Shown here: piece by piece, positions 47,082 to 57,358 of the stretch | Layout of the letters: each line of letters begins with the position of its first letter | Numbering within the stretch: position 1 is the stretch's first letter | Origin: Deltaproteobacteria bacterium | Lineage (GTDB): Bacteria; Desulfobacterota; Binatia; Binatales; Binataceae | Direction of reading: 5' to 3' | Length of the DNA stretch: 64,000 nucleotides | Assembly (NCBI GenBank): GCA_021801125.1 | Contig: JAJYYI010000042.1 | Location: 2,975 to 66,974 of the forward strand | The notes under the pieces: model-generated | What the model saw: only the letters and a program-made list of their open reading frames with translations | What the model was told of the DNA's origin: nothing | Databases searched by the model: none | Made by a program: the position numbers and the translations under genes

Positions 47082-48515
47082 ATGAAACTTCTTCGACGTG
47101 CAATCCAGGCATTTGACGATCGCACCGGGCTGGTCACCGCGATGCGTCAAATTGCGATGCATCCGGTGCCGCCGGGAACGGGATGGTCTTACGTTTTCGG
47201 CAGCGCTGTGATGATCGCGTTCATCATTCAGGTGGTCACCGGCACGGCCTTGGCGATGGGTTACGTAGCCTCGGCGGGCGATGCTTATCAGGCGCTGGGG
47301 TTTATCACGAACAACGCCTTCATGGGGAGCTTTTTGCGCGGGATGCATTTTTTCGGTGCTTCCGCGATGGTGCTCCTGTTAGGCATCCACATGACGCAGG
47401 TGTTCGTGATGGGGTGCTACAAGTACCCGCGGGAACTTAACTGGATAACCGGCGTGGTGCTGCTCGTGCTCGTCGTGGGTATCGGGTTCACCGGACAGCT
47501 GCTGCGCTGGGATCAGATTGCTGTGTGGGCCGTGGTGGTTGCGGCGGAACAAGCCAGCCGGGTTCCGGTCATCGGCACGCCCTTGGCGCGGTTTATCCTG
47601 GGCGGCAACACGCTCGGCGCCCAGACCCTAAGCCGCTTTTTCGCGATGCACGTGTTCTTCATCCCCGGGCTGATCTTCGCGTTCGTGGGCATTCACCTTT
47701 TGCTGGTGCTGCACGACGGCATCTCGGAGCCGCCGGTCTTGGGCGAAAAGGTTGAGCCCAAGACCTACCTGGCGCGTTACCATAAGCTGCTCGCCGAGCG
47801 CGGCGTTCCATTTTGGCCTGACGCGGCGTGGCGCGATGTGGTGTTCGGCTTCGCTGTAGTAGTGGCGATCGCGCTGCTTGCGTGGTTCGCCGGTCCGCCG
47901 CGGCTGGGTCCGCCGCCCAACCCGAGTCTGCTCGCGCAAGACCCGGCCCCCGACTGGTATTTGCTCTGGTACTACGCCGCCTTGGCACTTATACCGCACG
48001 GGCTCACCGCGCCGTTCATTGTGCTGGCTCCGGTTATCGGTATCCTCATACTTCTGATTGTGCCGCCGCTTTGGAACCGCGGCGAGCGCCATCCGCTAAA
48101 GCGCCCTTGGGCGGTAGCGGCGACGATCATCGTGTGGCTTGTGGTGGGGACGCTCTGGCTCGAAGGCATCAAAGCGCCCTGGTCGCCGCGCTTTGAAGCG
48201 AAACCGCTGCCCGTGGCCGTGATCGGTGCGTCCAGCGGCCCGGTATACCGCGGAGGCGTATTGTTTCACACCAAAGGATGTGAGTTCTGCCACGCTGTTT
48301 CCGGGTACGGCGGTGCGCGAGGACCGGACTTGAGCACGATTGGCGACCAGCTTACGCGCGAAGAGCTGACCAGCCGTATCCTCAACGGCGGTTACAACAT
48401 GCCGGCCTTCGCGTCGATCCTGAGACCCGACGAGCTGACCGATGTCGTGGCCTTCCTGCAGTCGCGAAGCGTCAAGCGCTCTTCGCCGGCGCAGCAGGCG
48501 TTGGCGACACACTGA
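47082..48515 (+). CDS. Cytochrome b with C-terminal fused cytochrome c
   Basis: Four heme-b His (GMH, GIH, AMH, GIH), PDWY Qo motif, C-terminal CEFCH...MPAF. Confidence 0.93.
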   Translation: MKLLRRAIQAFDDRTGLVTAMRQIAMHPVPPGTGWSYVFGSAVMIAFIIQVVTGTALAMGYVASAGDAYQALGFITNNAFMGSFLRGMHFFGASAMVLLLGIHMTQVFVMGCYKYPRELNWITGVVLLVLVVGIGFTGQLLRWDQIAVWAVVVAAEQASRVPVIGTPLARFILGGNTLGAQTLSRFFAMHVFFIPGLIFAFVGIHLLLVLHDGISEPPVLGEKVEPKTYLARYHKLLAERGVPFWPDAAWRDVVFGFAVVVAIALLAWFAGPPRLGPPPNPSLLAQDPAPDWYLLWYYAALALIPHGLTAPFIVLAPVIGILILLIVPPLWNRGERHPLKRPWAVAATIIVWLVVGTLWLEGIKAPWSPRFEAKPLPVAVIGASSGPVYRGGVLFHTKGCEFCHAVSGYGGARGPDLSTIGDQLTREELTSRILNGGYNMPAFASILRPDELTDVVAFLQSRSVKRSSPAQQALATH

Positions 48516-48751
48516 GTCGAGCCGGGATCACTAACCACCGCTGGGAAAGCTAGCTCGCGATTTTTATGTCGAAGAATCGGCGCGACTCGTTCCAGGTGGG
48601 CCGAGTGTTCATCTCGCCGCACAGCTGCCTCATCTTGAGCGCGATCTCTTGCGCGCGCTCCGCGCGCAAGGTTTACGTGGCAATGCTCGATAATGACATC
48701 GGGCCTGAAACCGAGCCAAGCAGGCTCCGCAAGCTCGGCGAAAACGTGGCC

Positions 48752-49225
48752 CTACGTTCCAGCCCGGATGGTACGGGCCGCATAACAGTCCGGCGCGGCG
48801 TAGTGAATGTGCAGGTAGGCCGCGCGAGGGTCGGCGAGAAGTCCCCCAATTGCGCTCTCCAATTCACGTCCGTCGCCAAGCTGCCATCCGACCATCATGG
48901 CGTCTGCGTCGAAAGCCCGCATCACTAACGTGCGCAGGCGCAATTGCTTGGGAACCTGATTTTCTTCGGCGTATTTTTGCTCAACCTGGCGATTGTAGAC
49001 CGCAAAGCGCATCCGATAGGGCGAATTGGTGGCGTGGTGCTCCTAGTTGACGAGCAGCAGCTCGTCGCCGGGGCTGGAGTTCGTCAGACCAAAGCGACAC
49101 GGATAGCCTGGCGTGGGAGCATCGGCGATCTTGCGAACCGCACCCTGTTTGGTCAATTCTTCGTCAGATGAATCGAAAAAGTGGGAGAAGTGCTCTGCCG
49201 GCAGCCCTATGATTCGGAATCCCAT
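48752..49225 (-). pseudogene. DUF1203 family gene interrupted by an in-frame TAG at 49043-49045
   Basis: ...PGYPCR...ELLLVN-(TAG)-EHHATNSPYRMRFAVY...YLHIHYAAPDCYA; both ORF-track pieces share one frame. Confidence 0.8.
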
Positions 49226-49629
49226 GTTCGTTGCTACGCGATAAATGGTATTCTGTGCGTAGAACCTTGTGACGGTTTGGATGTAAACTCGAACGTTAAG
49301 CGTTTCTACGAACCCGCCCAGCCCCATCACGTCGCGTAATTTTGTGGCAACAAGGAAGTGGCGGCCGCGCCATCGTCTTAAGGCCGACGCGGTCCTGATG
49401 TTTCACGAGCTGAGACAACCCGGTTCGTTTGGCAGGATCAAACCGATACTGCGAGCCTGAGGTGCGCCGCGCGCGAGCTATTGCTAGTTGCGCGCGCTTG
49501 ATCTAATTTGCCGCTACGAGTTTTTTGCCAGAGCCTTACCCGTCATCGAGCACCCTCTATGGTTCGCTCCCATGCGGCCGCGAGTTTCGGGCCGAAATCG
49601 ACGCCGGCTGGCCGGCTGCATCGCGCATC

Positions 49630-50610
49630 ATGAGCGAACCTCCCGGCGAATTTCAGTTAATCCGTGCGCTCTGCCGCGGGCTTCGCAACAGCCGCGCCAC
49701 ACTCGTAGGGCCTGGCGACGATTGCGCTGTGCTTGCCGTCGACGGTGTAAAGCTGTTGGCGACGGTCGATTCGCTCGTTGAGGACGTTCATTTTAAGCTC
49801 GATTGGTTTACGCCTGAGAAACTGGGCGTGCGGGCCCTTACGGTCAACCTAAGCGACGTTGCGGCGATGGGCGGCGACCCCACGGCTTGCGTGATTGACC
49901 TTGCCCTTCGCGACAATTTGCCGGAACGGTTCGCCGAGAGGCTTTACCGCGGGCTTAAGAGCGCTGCGCGCGAGGCCAAGGTTGATATCGTGGGCGGCAA
50001 TGTTACGCGAGCCGGTCAGGTGATGATCTCGATCTCGCTCTTAGGCCGCATCCGCGCGGGCATTCTGGAGCGCGACAACGCGCGTCCCGGCTATGGCATC
50101 TTTGTCACGGGCACGCTGGGCGACGCCGCGCTGGGATGGCGCATCCTCGATGGCCGGTTGCGCGCCGCCGGCCGCACGCGCCGCTTTCTCGTCCAACGCT
50201 ATATCAGTCCCAGTGCGCGTTTGAGCGCGGGGCGAGCGCTTGCCGAATTGATTCCGACCCCGGCTGCTATTGACCTTAGCGACGGATTGGCCGGCGACCT
50301 TCGGCACATTCTTGAGGCTAGCCGCGTGAGCGCCGAGGTCGATGCCGGGTTGATTCCGGTGTCCACGGCCTACCGCGCAGTGGTCGGTGATGATCTCGAA
50401 TTGGCGCTGTCGGGTGGGGACGACTACGAGTTGCTGTTCTGCATGCCGGAACGCTATTCCGGGGACGAATTGAGTCGGCGACTGGGTGTTAGGGTGACGC
50501 GAATCGGTCGCGTGATGAAGCGCGGGTCGGGACTTAAGATCGCAAACCTCGCCAAACCGCCTTATGCGGGCGCACTGCGCGGCTGGGATCATCTGAGGCA
50601 AAGTTCCTAG
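49630..50610 (+). CDS. thiL: Thiamine-monophosphate kinase
   Basis: GEFQLI, GPGDDCA, NLSDVAAMGG, DLSDGL and GGDDYELLF motifs. Confidence 0.94.
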   Translation: MSEPPGEFQLIRALCRGLRNSRATLVGPGDDCAVLAVDGVKLLATVDSLVEDVHFKLDWFTPEKLGVRALTVNLSDVAAMGGDPTACVIDLALRDNLPERFAERLYRGLKSAAREAKVDIVGGNVTRAGQVMISISLLGRIRAGILERDNARPGYGIFVTGTLGDAALGWRILDGRLRAAGRTRRFLVQRYISPSARLSAGRALAELIPTPAAIDLSDGLAGDLRHILEASRVSAEVDAGLIPVSTAYRAVVGDDLELALSGGDDYELLFCMPERYSGDELSRRLGVRVTRIGRVMKRGSGLKIANLAKPPYAGALRGWDHLRQSS

Positions 50611-50896
50611 GATGGTGCTCCGTGAAGAAGTGCACGAACGGGATTGCGATTTGAGAACTTCCGGTTCGCGGAAACTGCGAAAATAAGGATTCGAGTTGTC
50701 GTTGTTGGCTGATGTCCAGGATTTATCCGCAATCCCGGATCATGATTCAAGAGCGATTGGCGCAAAGTCATCACGCCGCGAGAGGTTGGGCGCTGTCCCG
50801 TGATGTTCCATACTATGTCACTCCAGGTTGCTCTAGCTAAGAAAGGTGGCACGGCTTAGTTACACGACCTTGGAGCGGCCCTAGCCGGGACCGTCG

Positions 50897-52105
50897 ATGT
50901 CCGTCGTGCCGTTCATTATCGTGGCGCTGATCTTCTTTAGCGCCCTCCTGGCGGCCAGCGAAACTGCCTTGTTCTCGCTAGCGCGGCTGGACCATGCGCG
51001 CGCCGCTATTGGCGGTGAGAGTGAGCGAGCCGTCGAGCGTATCTTACGTCGGCCGCTCGAATTCCTTATCGTGCTCGGCACGCTGAGCGAATCGACGAAC
51101 ATCTTTGCGGAGTGTCTGGCTGCCGCTTATCTGCTTGCCAGCTTCGGGCGCACCGGCGCATACATGACGGTTCCCCTGATGTTCGTGGTCGTGCTGCTGT
51201 TCGCGGAGGTAACGCCTAAGACGTTCGCGCTGGGCCGACCGGGGACTATAGCGAGGTTGACCGCTCGGCCGCTCGCGGCGATTACGGCCGCTATTTCACC
51301 GCTCGTCAGCGCGTTGCTTTTGCCTATGGAGGCGCCACGGGCCGAGGCGGTTTCGGAGGCGGAGTTCAAGACGCTGTTGCGCATCAGCGAGGACCAAGGG
51401 CTGGTGGAATCCGGCGAGCGCGAGCTAATCCACCGAATTTTCGACTTCTCTCATCGACGCGTGTCCGAGGTGATGACGCCGTACGAGGCCGTCTTCTCGC
51501 TTAGCATCGATACGCCGCCCCAACAGTTGTCGGCGCAGTGCGCCCGCGGGCATTTCTCGCGGATTCCCATTTATCGGGGTGACCCGCGCAACGTGGTGGG
51601 GTTGCTGCATATCAAGGACCTCGCGATGCGCCGGCTGGAGCCGGTACCGCTGCGGTTGGAACGGCTCGTGCGCCGGCCGAGGTTCGTCCCGCCAGGTAAG
51701 CGCGTGGGCGAACTCTTCGAGGAAATGAGGCGGGACCGCCTGCAAATGGTGCTCGTGGTGGACGAGTTCGGAAAGCTCCTCGGCCTGGTGACCTTCGAGG
51801 ACCTTCTGGAAGAGCTGTTTGGCGACATCCGCGATGAGTTCGATCCCGAGAGCCCCCAGATGGCGCCCTTTGCGAGCGGCGAGATGCTGGTCAGCGGATC
51901 GATCAATCTCGACCGTCTCAATCAGTTCCTGCAAAGCCGCGGCCTTAGGCCGATCGACGGGAGCGGACCGACCTTGGGTGCGCTCATCGCGCAACAGTTG
52001 GGGCGCGCTCCGCGCCGCGGTGAACGTTTGCGCCTTGGCGACCTGGCGGCTGTGGTGGAGCGAACGCGCGGCACCACGGTAGAGGTGGTTCGACTAAAAC
52101 CATGA
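50897..52105 (+). CDS. CNNM/DUF21-CBS-CorC (hemolysin family) transporter
   Basis: SETALFSL, EVTPK, HFSRIPIY, VVDEFG and EDLLEELFGDIRDE motifs. Confidence 0.9.
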   Translation: MSVVPFIIVALIFFSALLAASETALFSLARLDHARAAIGGESERAVERILRRPLEFLIVLGTLSESTNIFAECLAAAYLLASFGRTGAYMTVPLMFVVVLLFAEVTPKTFALGRPGTIARLTARPLAAITAAISPLVSALLLPMEAPRAEAVSEAEFKTLLRISEDQGLVESGERELIHRIFDFSHRRVSEVMTPYEAVFSLSIDTPPQQLSAQCARGHFSRIPIYRGDPRNVVGLLHIKDLAMRRLEPVPLRLERLVRRPRFVPPGKRVGELFEEMRRDRLQMVLVVDEFGKLLGLVTFEDLLEELFGDIRDEFDPESPQMAPFASGEMLVSGSINLDRLNQFLQSRGLRPIDGSGPTLGALIAQQLGRAPRRGERLRLGDLAAVVERTRGTTVEVVRLKP

Positions 52106-53385
52106 GCCCGCTTGCTTTCACCAGCGCGCTGTTGGCCTGCCTTGGGTGCGAAGCCTTCTTTGCTGCCAGTGAGATGGCGCTGGTCGCGTGCGACGAGATC
52201 AAGGCCAAAGCGGAGAGCGAACGTGGCGACCGGCGCTCCCAACGTCTCACCAAGCTGCTTCAGCGCCGTGACCAGGTAGTGGCGCTGACCTTGACCGTGG
52301 CCAATCTTGCTACGATCACGGCCTCCACGTTGACCACTGCGTATCTGCATCATGTGAACGCTCAACTTGATCTGTTGGCTCCGTTCCTGCTGGCGCCCGT
52401 CGTGCTGCTCTTTGGTGAGGCGTTGCCAAAATACTTCACGCTGCGCCATCCGCTCAGGTTCGCCAAGTTCGGCGCCTTGGTGCTGTGGCCTCTACTGCTG
52501 GTGCTGATGCCTTTGATATGGTTCGCGACCGCTCTCAGCCGAGCTTTGCGCCGCCTGGCGGGCGTGCCGGCCCAAGCGGGCAGTGTGTTCTTGAGCCGCG
52601 AAGACCTGACCCGCCTGGTGCAGCGGGAAGGTTACAACCGCCAAGTCGAAAGCGACGCGATTCTACCGGTTGAACGCAGCATGATCAGTCGTCTTTTCCG
52701 CTTTAGCCGACTCGAAGCTCGCCAAGCGATGGTGCCCTTGGTTCGGGTCGAGGCGGTATCGCAGGATGCCAGCTTGGCCGAAGCGATCGAGATCGTGCGG
52801 CGCGAGGGCTTTAGCCGACTGCCGGTGTTCGAGCGCCAGATCGTGAACATCGTGGGGGTGATTCACGTCTTTGATCTGTTGCAAGCCGTTGATCTGTCGC
52901 AGCCGGTGGGTGCCGTGATGCGCACGGTGAGCTACGTTTCGGAAGCGTCGCCGCTCAGGGATATACTTGCGCTCCTCCAGCGCACCGGCGACAACCTGGC
53001 CGCGGTGGTCGACGAGCACGGCGGCGCCAGCGGGATCATCACGATGGAGGATTTACTGGAAGAGATCGTCGGCGAGATTGAAGACGAGTACGACGTGCGC
53101 GAGGAGCACATTCGCGTGCTCAATAGCCGCCAGATAGCGGTCACCGGGCGGGCGCAGATTACCGAACTCAACGAGCGCCTCGGCCTTCGTCTTCCTGAAA
53201 GCGACGACTATACTACCATTGCGGGCTTGGTCATCGAGCGCCTGGGGCATATTCCACAGGCGGGCGAGCAGCTCAAGCTTGGCGGTATGACGATCAGCGT
53301 GGCGCTCAGCGATGCCAGGACCGTGCAAGAATTAGTACTAAACCTTTCTCAGCCGCTGCGCGGCGAGCAGGTGCGCCGTCCGTGA
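52102..53385 (+). CDS. Second CNNM/DUF21-CBS-CorC transporter
   Basis: ASEMA, GEALPK, FSRLPV, VDEHG, EDLLEEIVGEIEDEYD and TIAG motifs. Confidence 0.9.
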   Translation: MSPLAFTSALLACLGCEAFFAASEMALVACDEIKAKAESERGDRRSQRLTKLLQRRDQVVALTLTVANLATITASTLTTAYLHHVNAQLDLLAPFLLAPVVLLFGEALPKYFTLRHPLRFAKFGALVLWPLLLVLMPLIWFATALSRALRRLAGVPAQAGSVFLSREDLTRLVQREGYNRQVESDAILPVERSMISRLFRFSRLEARQAMVPLVRVEAVSQDASLAEAIEIVRREGFSRLPVFERQIVNIVGVIHVFDLLQAVDLSQPVGAVMRTVSYVSEASPLRDILALLQRTGDNLAAVVDEHGGASGIITMEDLLEEIVGEIEDEYDVREEHIRVLNSRQIAVTGRAQITELNERLGLRLPESDDYTTIAGLVIERLGHIPQAGEQLKLGGMTISVALSDARTVQELVLNLSQPLRGEQVRRP

Positions 53386-54155
53386 CCGAGCGGGCCGTGC
53401 AGGAAATTCTCGAGCAGGTGGCTCGCGGCCAGCTCGCGGTGCGCGGTGCGATGAGCCGGTTGCGTCACTTGCCATTCGAAGACCTCGGTTTCGCCAAGCT
53501 CGATCATCATCGTCGCCTAAGACGCGGTCTTCCCGAGGTGGTGCTGGGCGAAAGTAAGAGCGCCGAACAGATCGTCGATATCGGGCGCCGCGTTAACGCG
53601 GCAGGTTACAATCTGATCGTGACGCGCCTGGTGGCTGAAAAGGCGCGAGCGATCCGCCGTCGTCTGCGCAAGTTCGTCTACCGGCCCGAAGCTGAGCTCG
53701 GATGCATTGTCAGCGAACCGACGCGAACGTCAGGCCATGGCACGGTTATGGTGATCAGCGCCGGCACTTCCGACCTGCGCGTCGCTGAAGAGGCGGCGCA
53801 ATGTGCGGAGCTGTTCGGGAATCGGGTCGAGCGGCTTTACGACGTGGGCGTTGCGGGGCTCCATCGCTTGACCGCGAACGTTGAGGCGCTAAAAAGCGCC
53901 GCTGTGCTTATCGTCGTGGCCGGCATGGAGGGAGCGTTGCCTTCGGTTGTCGCAGGCTTGCTGGACAAACCGGTGATAGGAGTGCCGACCAGCGCGGGCT
54001 ACGGCACGGCGTTAGGCGGACTAACCGCGCTGTTCGGGATGCTCAATAGTTGTGCCGGTGGCGTGACCGTGGTCAATATCGATAACGGCTTCGGCGCGGC
54101 GTTTGCCGCGACGCTGATCAACCGGACAGGCCTTAATTGGGCGGATGGCGCTTGA
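53382..54155 (+). CDS. larB: Nickel-pincer cofactor biosynthesis protein LarB
   Basis: DHHR..R.G.PEVV, AGTSD, DVGVAGLHRL, AGMEGALPSV, PTS.GYG and VVNIDNGFGA motifs. Confidence 0.93.
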   Translation: MTERAVQEILEQVARGQLAVRGAMSRLRHLPFEDLGFAKLDHHRRLRRGLPEVVLGESKSAEQIVDIGRRVNAAGYNLIVTRLVAEKARAIRRRLRKFVYRPEAELGCIVSEPTRTSGHGTVMVISAGTSDLRVAEEAAQCAELFGNRVERLYDVGVAGLHRLTANVEALKSAAVLIVVAGMEGALPSVVAGLLDKPVIGVPTSAGYGTALGGLTALFGMLNSCAGGVTVVNIDNGFGAAFAATLINRTGLNWADGA

Positions 54156-55495
54156 TGGCCGGGCATAAGACGTTGACCAGCGGGCGCACGCGTCGCGCGA
54201 TGAAAATCGGCGGTCTCGCCTCGCAGGTAGGATCGAGTTACCTATGGGCTTCTTTGCGCCAGCTTATGCAAGGCGGCGAAGAAGGCCGCCGGTTTTTGTA
54301 CGACGCGCACATCAAAAACGCCCGCCGCATCGTCGAGAGTTCCAAGCAGCTGCGCGGCGCCTTTATGAAGCTCATCCAGATGCTCTCGATGCGCGCCGAC
54401 ATGCTCCCGACCGAAGCGCTGGACATCCTGAAGGCGACCCAGTCGAACGTGCCGCCGATGGATTACGCGATGATGAGCGCGCAGATCAAGCGCGAGTTGG
54501 GAGCGGAGCCGGATCGTCTGTTCGCCAGCTTCGAACCGGTGGCATTCGCCGCGGCCTCGCTGGGCCAGGTTCATCGCGCGCGGCTTAAAAGCGGCGAGGA
54601 GGTTGCTGTCAAGATTCAGTACCCCGGAGTCGACAAGACCGTCGAGGCGGACCTGCGCAACCTCAAGCTCCTGCTGCAAACCTTCGCTGCGTTGGCTCGC
54701 GACGTCATGCGTCAGAAGATCGAGGTGCGAAAGATCTACCTCGAACTCGAGGAGCGGCTTAAGGAAGAACTCGACTACGTCTCCGAAGCGCGTAACATGG
54801 CCTACTTCGGGCGCCTACTCGCCGACGATCCCGAGGTAATCATCCCGCGGGTCATCCAGGAGTTAAGCTCCCGGCGCGTGCTCACGATGACCTATCTTGA
54901 TGGTTATTCGCTTGCCGACGTGCTTGTGCCTGGGGTGGACCCCGAACTCAAGGTGTGGCTCGCAAAAAAATACTTCGCGCTGGTTTGGCGCCAAATTCTG
55001 GAGTTCGGAGTGCTTCACACCGATCCCCATCCGGGGAATTATCTGGTTCGCTGGGAGCCCAAGTTGGGGATTCTCGATTTCGGATCGATTCGCCGCTTTC
55101 CGGAGCCGATTCGTCGCGCGCAACTCAAGCTTGCATTGGCACTTGTGCATCACGACAAACCTGCGCTGGGCCACTCGCTGATCGCTCTGGGTCATCTGGA
55201 TCCGAAACAGGACACGGCCCCGATGGTGAAGATCATCCATACGTTATTCGAACCGATCCTCGTCGACCGACCCTACGATCCTAATGAATACGACTCGGTG
55301 GCCAAGGCGCGCGAGGCGAGTGAGATCGCCTTCGCGCACAAGCTTTACAAGTCGCCGCCGCATAGCGTGTTCATGTTGAGGGCGCTGATCGGCCTGGACG
55401 GCATCATGAAGCAGCTTGGCGTCGTTGCCAATTACCGCGAGATTTTCTGCGGCTGCGTGCGCCGCGCCGCTGAAGTGCGCGGGCTGGCTGTTTGA
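54155..55495 (+). CDS. AarF/ABC1/UbiB atypical kinase
   Basis: AAASLGQVH, VAVKIQYPG, EELDY, HTDPHPGN and LDFG motifs. Confidence 0.92.
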   Translation: MAGHKTLTSGRTRRAMKIGGLASQVGSSYLWASLRQLMQGGEEGRRFLYDAHIKNARRIVESSKQLRGAFMKLIQMLSMRADMLPTEALDILKATQSNVPPMDYAMMSAQIKRELGAEPDRLFASFEPVAFAAASLGQVHRARLKSGEEVAVKIQYPGVDKTVEADLRNLKLLLQTFAALARDVMRQKIEVRKIYLELEERLKEELDYVSEARNMAYFGRLLADDPEVIIPRVIQELSSRRVLTMTYLDGYSLADVLVPGVDPELKVWLAKKYFALVWRQILEFGVLHTDPHPGNYLVRWEPKLGILDFGSIRRFPEPIRRAQLKLALALVHHDKPALGHSLIALGHLDPKQDTAPMVKIIHTLFEPILVDRPYDPNEYDSVAKAREASEIAFAHKLYKSPPHSVFMLRALIGLDGIMKQLGVVANYREIFCGCVRRAAEVRGLAV

Positions 55496-55758
55496 CCCGA
55501 CTTTCCCACCCGTAAGTAATTTGCTTAACGCTCGAAGCTCCTCAGGCTAAGGTCTGCGACCGCGGCCCAGCGGAAGACCACAGGGCGGGGTGCCCCGGAC
55601 GGCTGGTGCTCGATCTGAGCCGGGTGGCCGAGCAGAGTTCGCCGGCGGGCTTGCCCTTCGCCGCGATTCAGAGCGCGACCTTCCGAATGATGCCCGCCGG
55701 CTTCTAGTTCGAGATGGGGACTATCCTCGAAGGCTTAAGGATCTCGAGCCGCAGAGAG

Positions 55759-56661
55759 TCAATGCAGCCATCGCGTCGGCCAAGCGCCGGTCGAGCGATG
55801 AGCTGGCGACTGACTAATGTTCGACTGAGAAGGCGGATGGTCTTCTGCGCGTGAGGCCGGAGGGCTTGGCCTGAAGCGTGCGCTTAGCAGCAAGAACGGT
55901 CCCGAAAGCACGTACCCGATGGACAGAATCAACACCGAAACCTGCGGCAAAACCATTAGCACACCGATGCCGATCATCACGGCGGTGACCGTTTCGAGCG
56001 AGACTCGACGCTTGATGTTTATCCCCTTGAAACTAGGGTAGGGAACCGACGAAACCATCAGGCAGGCCAGCACCAACGCGATGGGCGTCATCAGCACGGG
56101 CAAGGCGCGGCCCAAGTCGAGTTCGAAGTAACTGCAGGCCAAAACTGAGGCAGCCACCGGCATCGCCGCGCCCGGCACCGGCAAGCCGGCGAAACGGCGC
56201 TTGTCGCTGCTCGGCGCCTGCACGTTAAACCGCGCCAGACGCAACGCCGCGCAAACCACAAACGCCGCGCATACTACCCATCCCCACGCGCCGAGTGGCC
56301 GCAGGGCCCAGACGTAGAGCAGGGTTGCCGGGGCGGCGCCGAAGGCGACTACGTCGGCGAGGCTGTCGTATTCGACTCCGAACTGGCTCGTCGACTGCGA
56401 TACCCGAGCCAGTCGCCCGTCCAAGCCGTCGCAAAAGAAGGCGACCATGACCAGGGTCGCCGCCAGCTCCAGGTGGCCGTTCGCGCTTGATACCATCGAA
56501 TAGAAACCTATCGCCAGGCCCAGCGACGTCACTACCGAAGGCAACAGGTAAACGCCGCGCTTGAAGGGCGCAGCCATACGCTGGCGGGGCTTTGTCAGGC
56601 GCGCGGAAATGCCTCTGATGCGCTTGGTGCGCGGCTGTTCCGTCTCGGTGTTCTGTTTCAT
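55759..56661 (-). CDS. pssA: CDP-diacylglycerol--serine O-phosphatidyltransferase
   Basis: DGLDGRLAR...FG.EYDSLAD, LRLARFN and F.GLP.P motifs. Confidence 0.93.
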   Translation of the reverse strand: MKQNTETEQPRTKRIRGISARLTKPRQRMAAPFKRGVYLLPSVVTSLGLAIGFYSMVSSANGHLELAATLVMVAFFCDGLDGRLARVSQSTSQFGVEYDSLADVVAFGAAPATLLYVWALRPLGAWGWVVCAAFVVCAALRLARFNVQAPSSDKRRFAGLPVPGAAMPVAASVLACSYFELDLGRALPVLMTPIALVLACLMVSSVPYPSFKGINIKRRVSLETVTAVMIGIGVLMVLPQVSVLILSIGYVLSGPFLLLSARFRPSPPASRAEDHPPSQSNISQSPAHRSTGAWPTRWLH

Positions 56662-57353
56662 TGTTCGAACTCTGCGATCACGGTCTCGCCCGCGCGGACA
56701 TGATCTCCTACGCGAACGGTCACACGGCAATCGGGTGGCAGGTAATGGTCCACGCGACTGCCGAACATAATCAGGCCGATGCGCGTGCCTTTCGCCACCG
56801 ATTGTTCAGCTTGCACCAGGCATACGATGCGCCGCGCCAGATAACCCGCGATCTGCATGATGGCGTATCGTCGCCCGTCATTACCGCATATCAGGACCAG
56901 GTTGCGCTCATTATGGGTCGCCGCCGAATCGCGAAAGGCGGCCTTGAAGTCGCCCGCGGTATGCTTGGTTTCGACTACCTGTCCGGCCACCGGCGCGCGG
57001 TTGATATGCACGTCGAGAAGCGACATAAAAACGCCGACCAGGGTAAAGTCCTGCTGCTCTTGCGACAGCGTGGCCTGGCGAACCTCAACGACGCGTCCGT
57101 CAGCCGCCGAAACGACGGCTTTGTCGGAGACGGGCGGTTGTCTTTGCGGGTCGCGGAAAAACAAGCTCGCCCCGACCGCGCACGTCACGAACAATAACGC
57201 CAGGACATGCCAGCCGAGCAGCAGGCTGAACGCAGCCAGAATAATCAGCGCGCAAACCACCGGCGCCCCTTCGGGCGCGATTCCCGCCGCGCCAAACACG
57301 CGCGAGAGCCGTCCCCCGCGCTCTCGCGGGGGACGAAAATTCGCCGTCTCCAC
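56658..57353 (-). CDS. psd: Phosphatidylserine decarboxylase proenzyme
   Basis: FFRDP, ADG, FMS..DVH.NR, NER, AR.IVC and FGSRVD (autocleavage) motifs; start uncertain. Confidence 0.92.
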   Translation of the reverse strand: METANFRPPRERGGRLSRVFGAAGIAPEGAPVVCALIILAAFSLLLGWHVLALLFVTCAVGASLFFRDPQRQPPVSDKAVVSAADGRVVEVRQATLSQEQQDFTLVGVFMSLLDVHINRAPVAGQVVETKHTAGDFKAAFRDSAATHNERNLVLICGNDGRRYAIMQIAGYLARRIVCLVQAEQSVAKGTRIGLIMFGSRVDHYLPPDCRVTVRVGDHVRAGETVIAEFEQ

Positions 57354-57358
57354 CGCGG

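Noticed and set aside
49043-49045. Pyrrolysine read-through of the DUF1203 TAG
   Set aside because: The position corresponds to a probable Tyr codon one base away, and there are no pyl genes or methylamine methyltransferase context in the window.
49390-49465. TPP riboswitch upstream of thiL (GCTGAGACAACCC)
   Set aside because: Only the CTGAGA..ACCC half is present; the ACCTGA / TAAT / GCG-AGG 3' half is missing.
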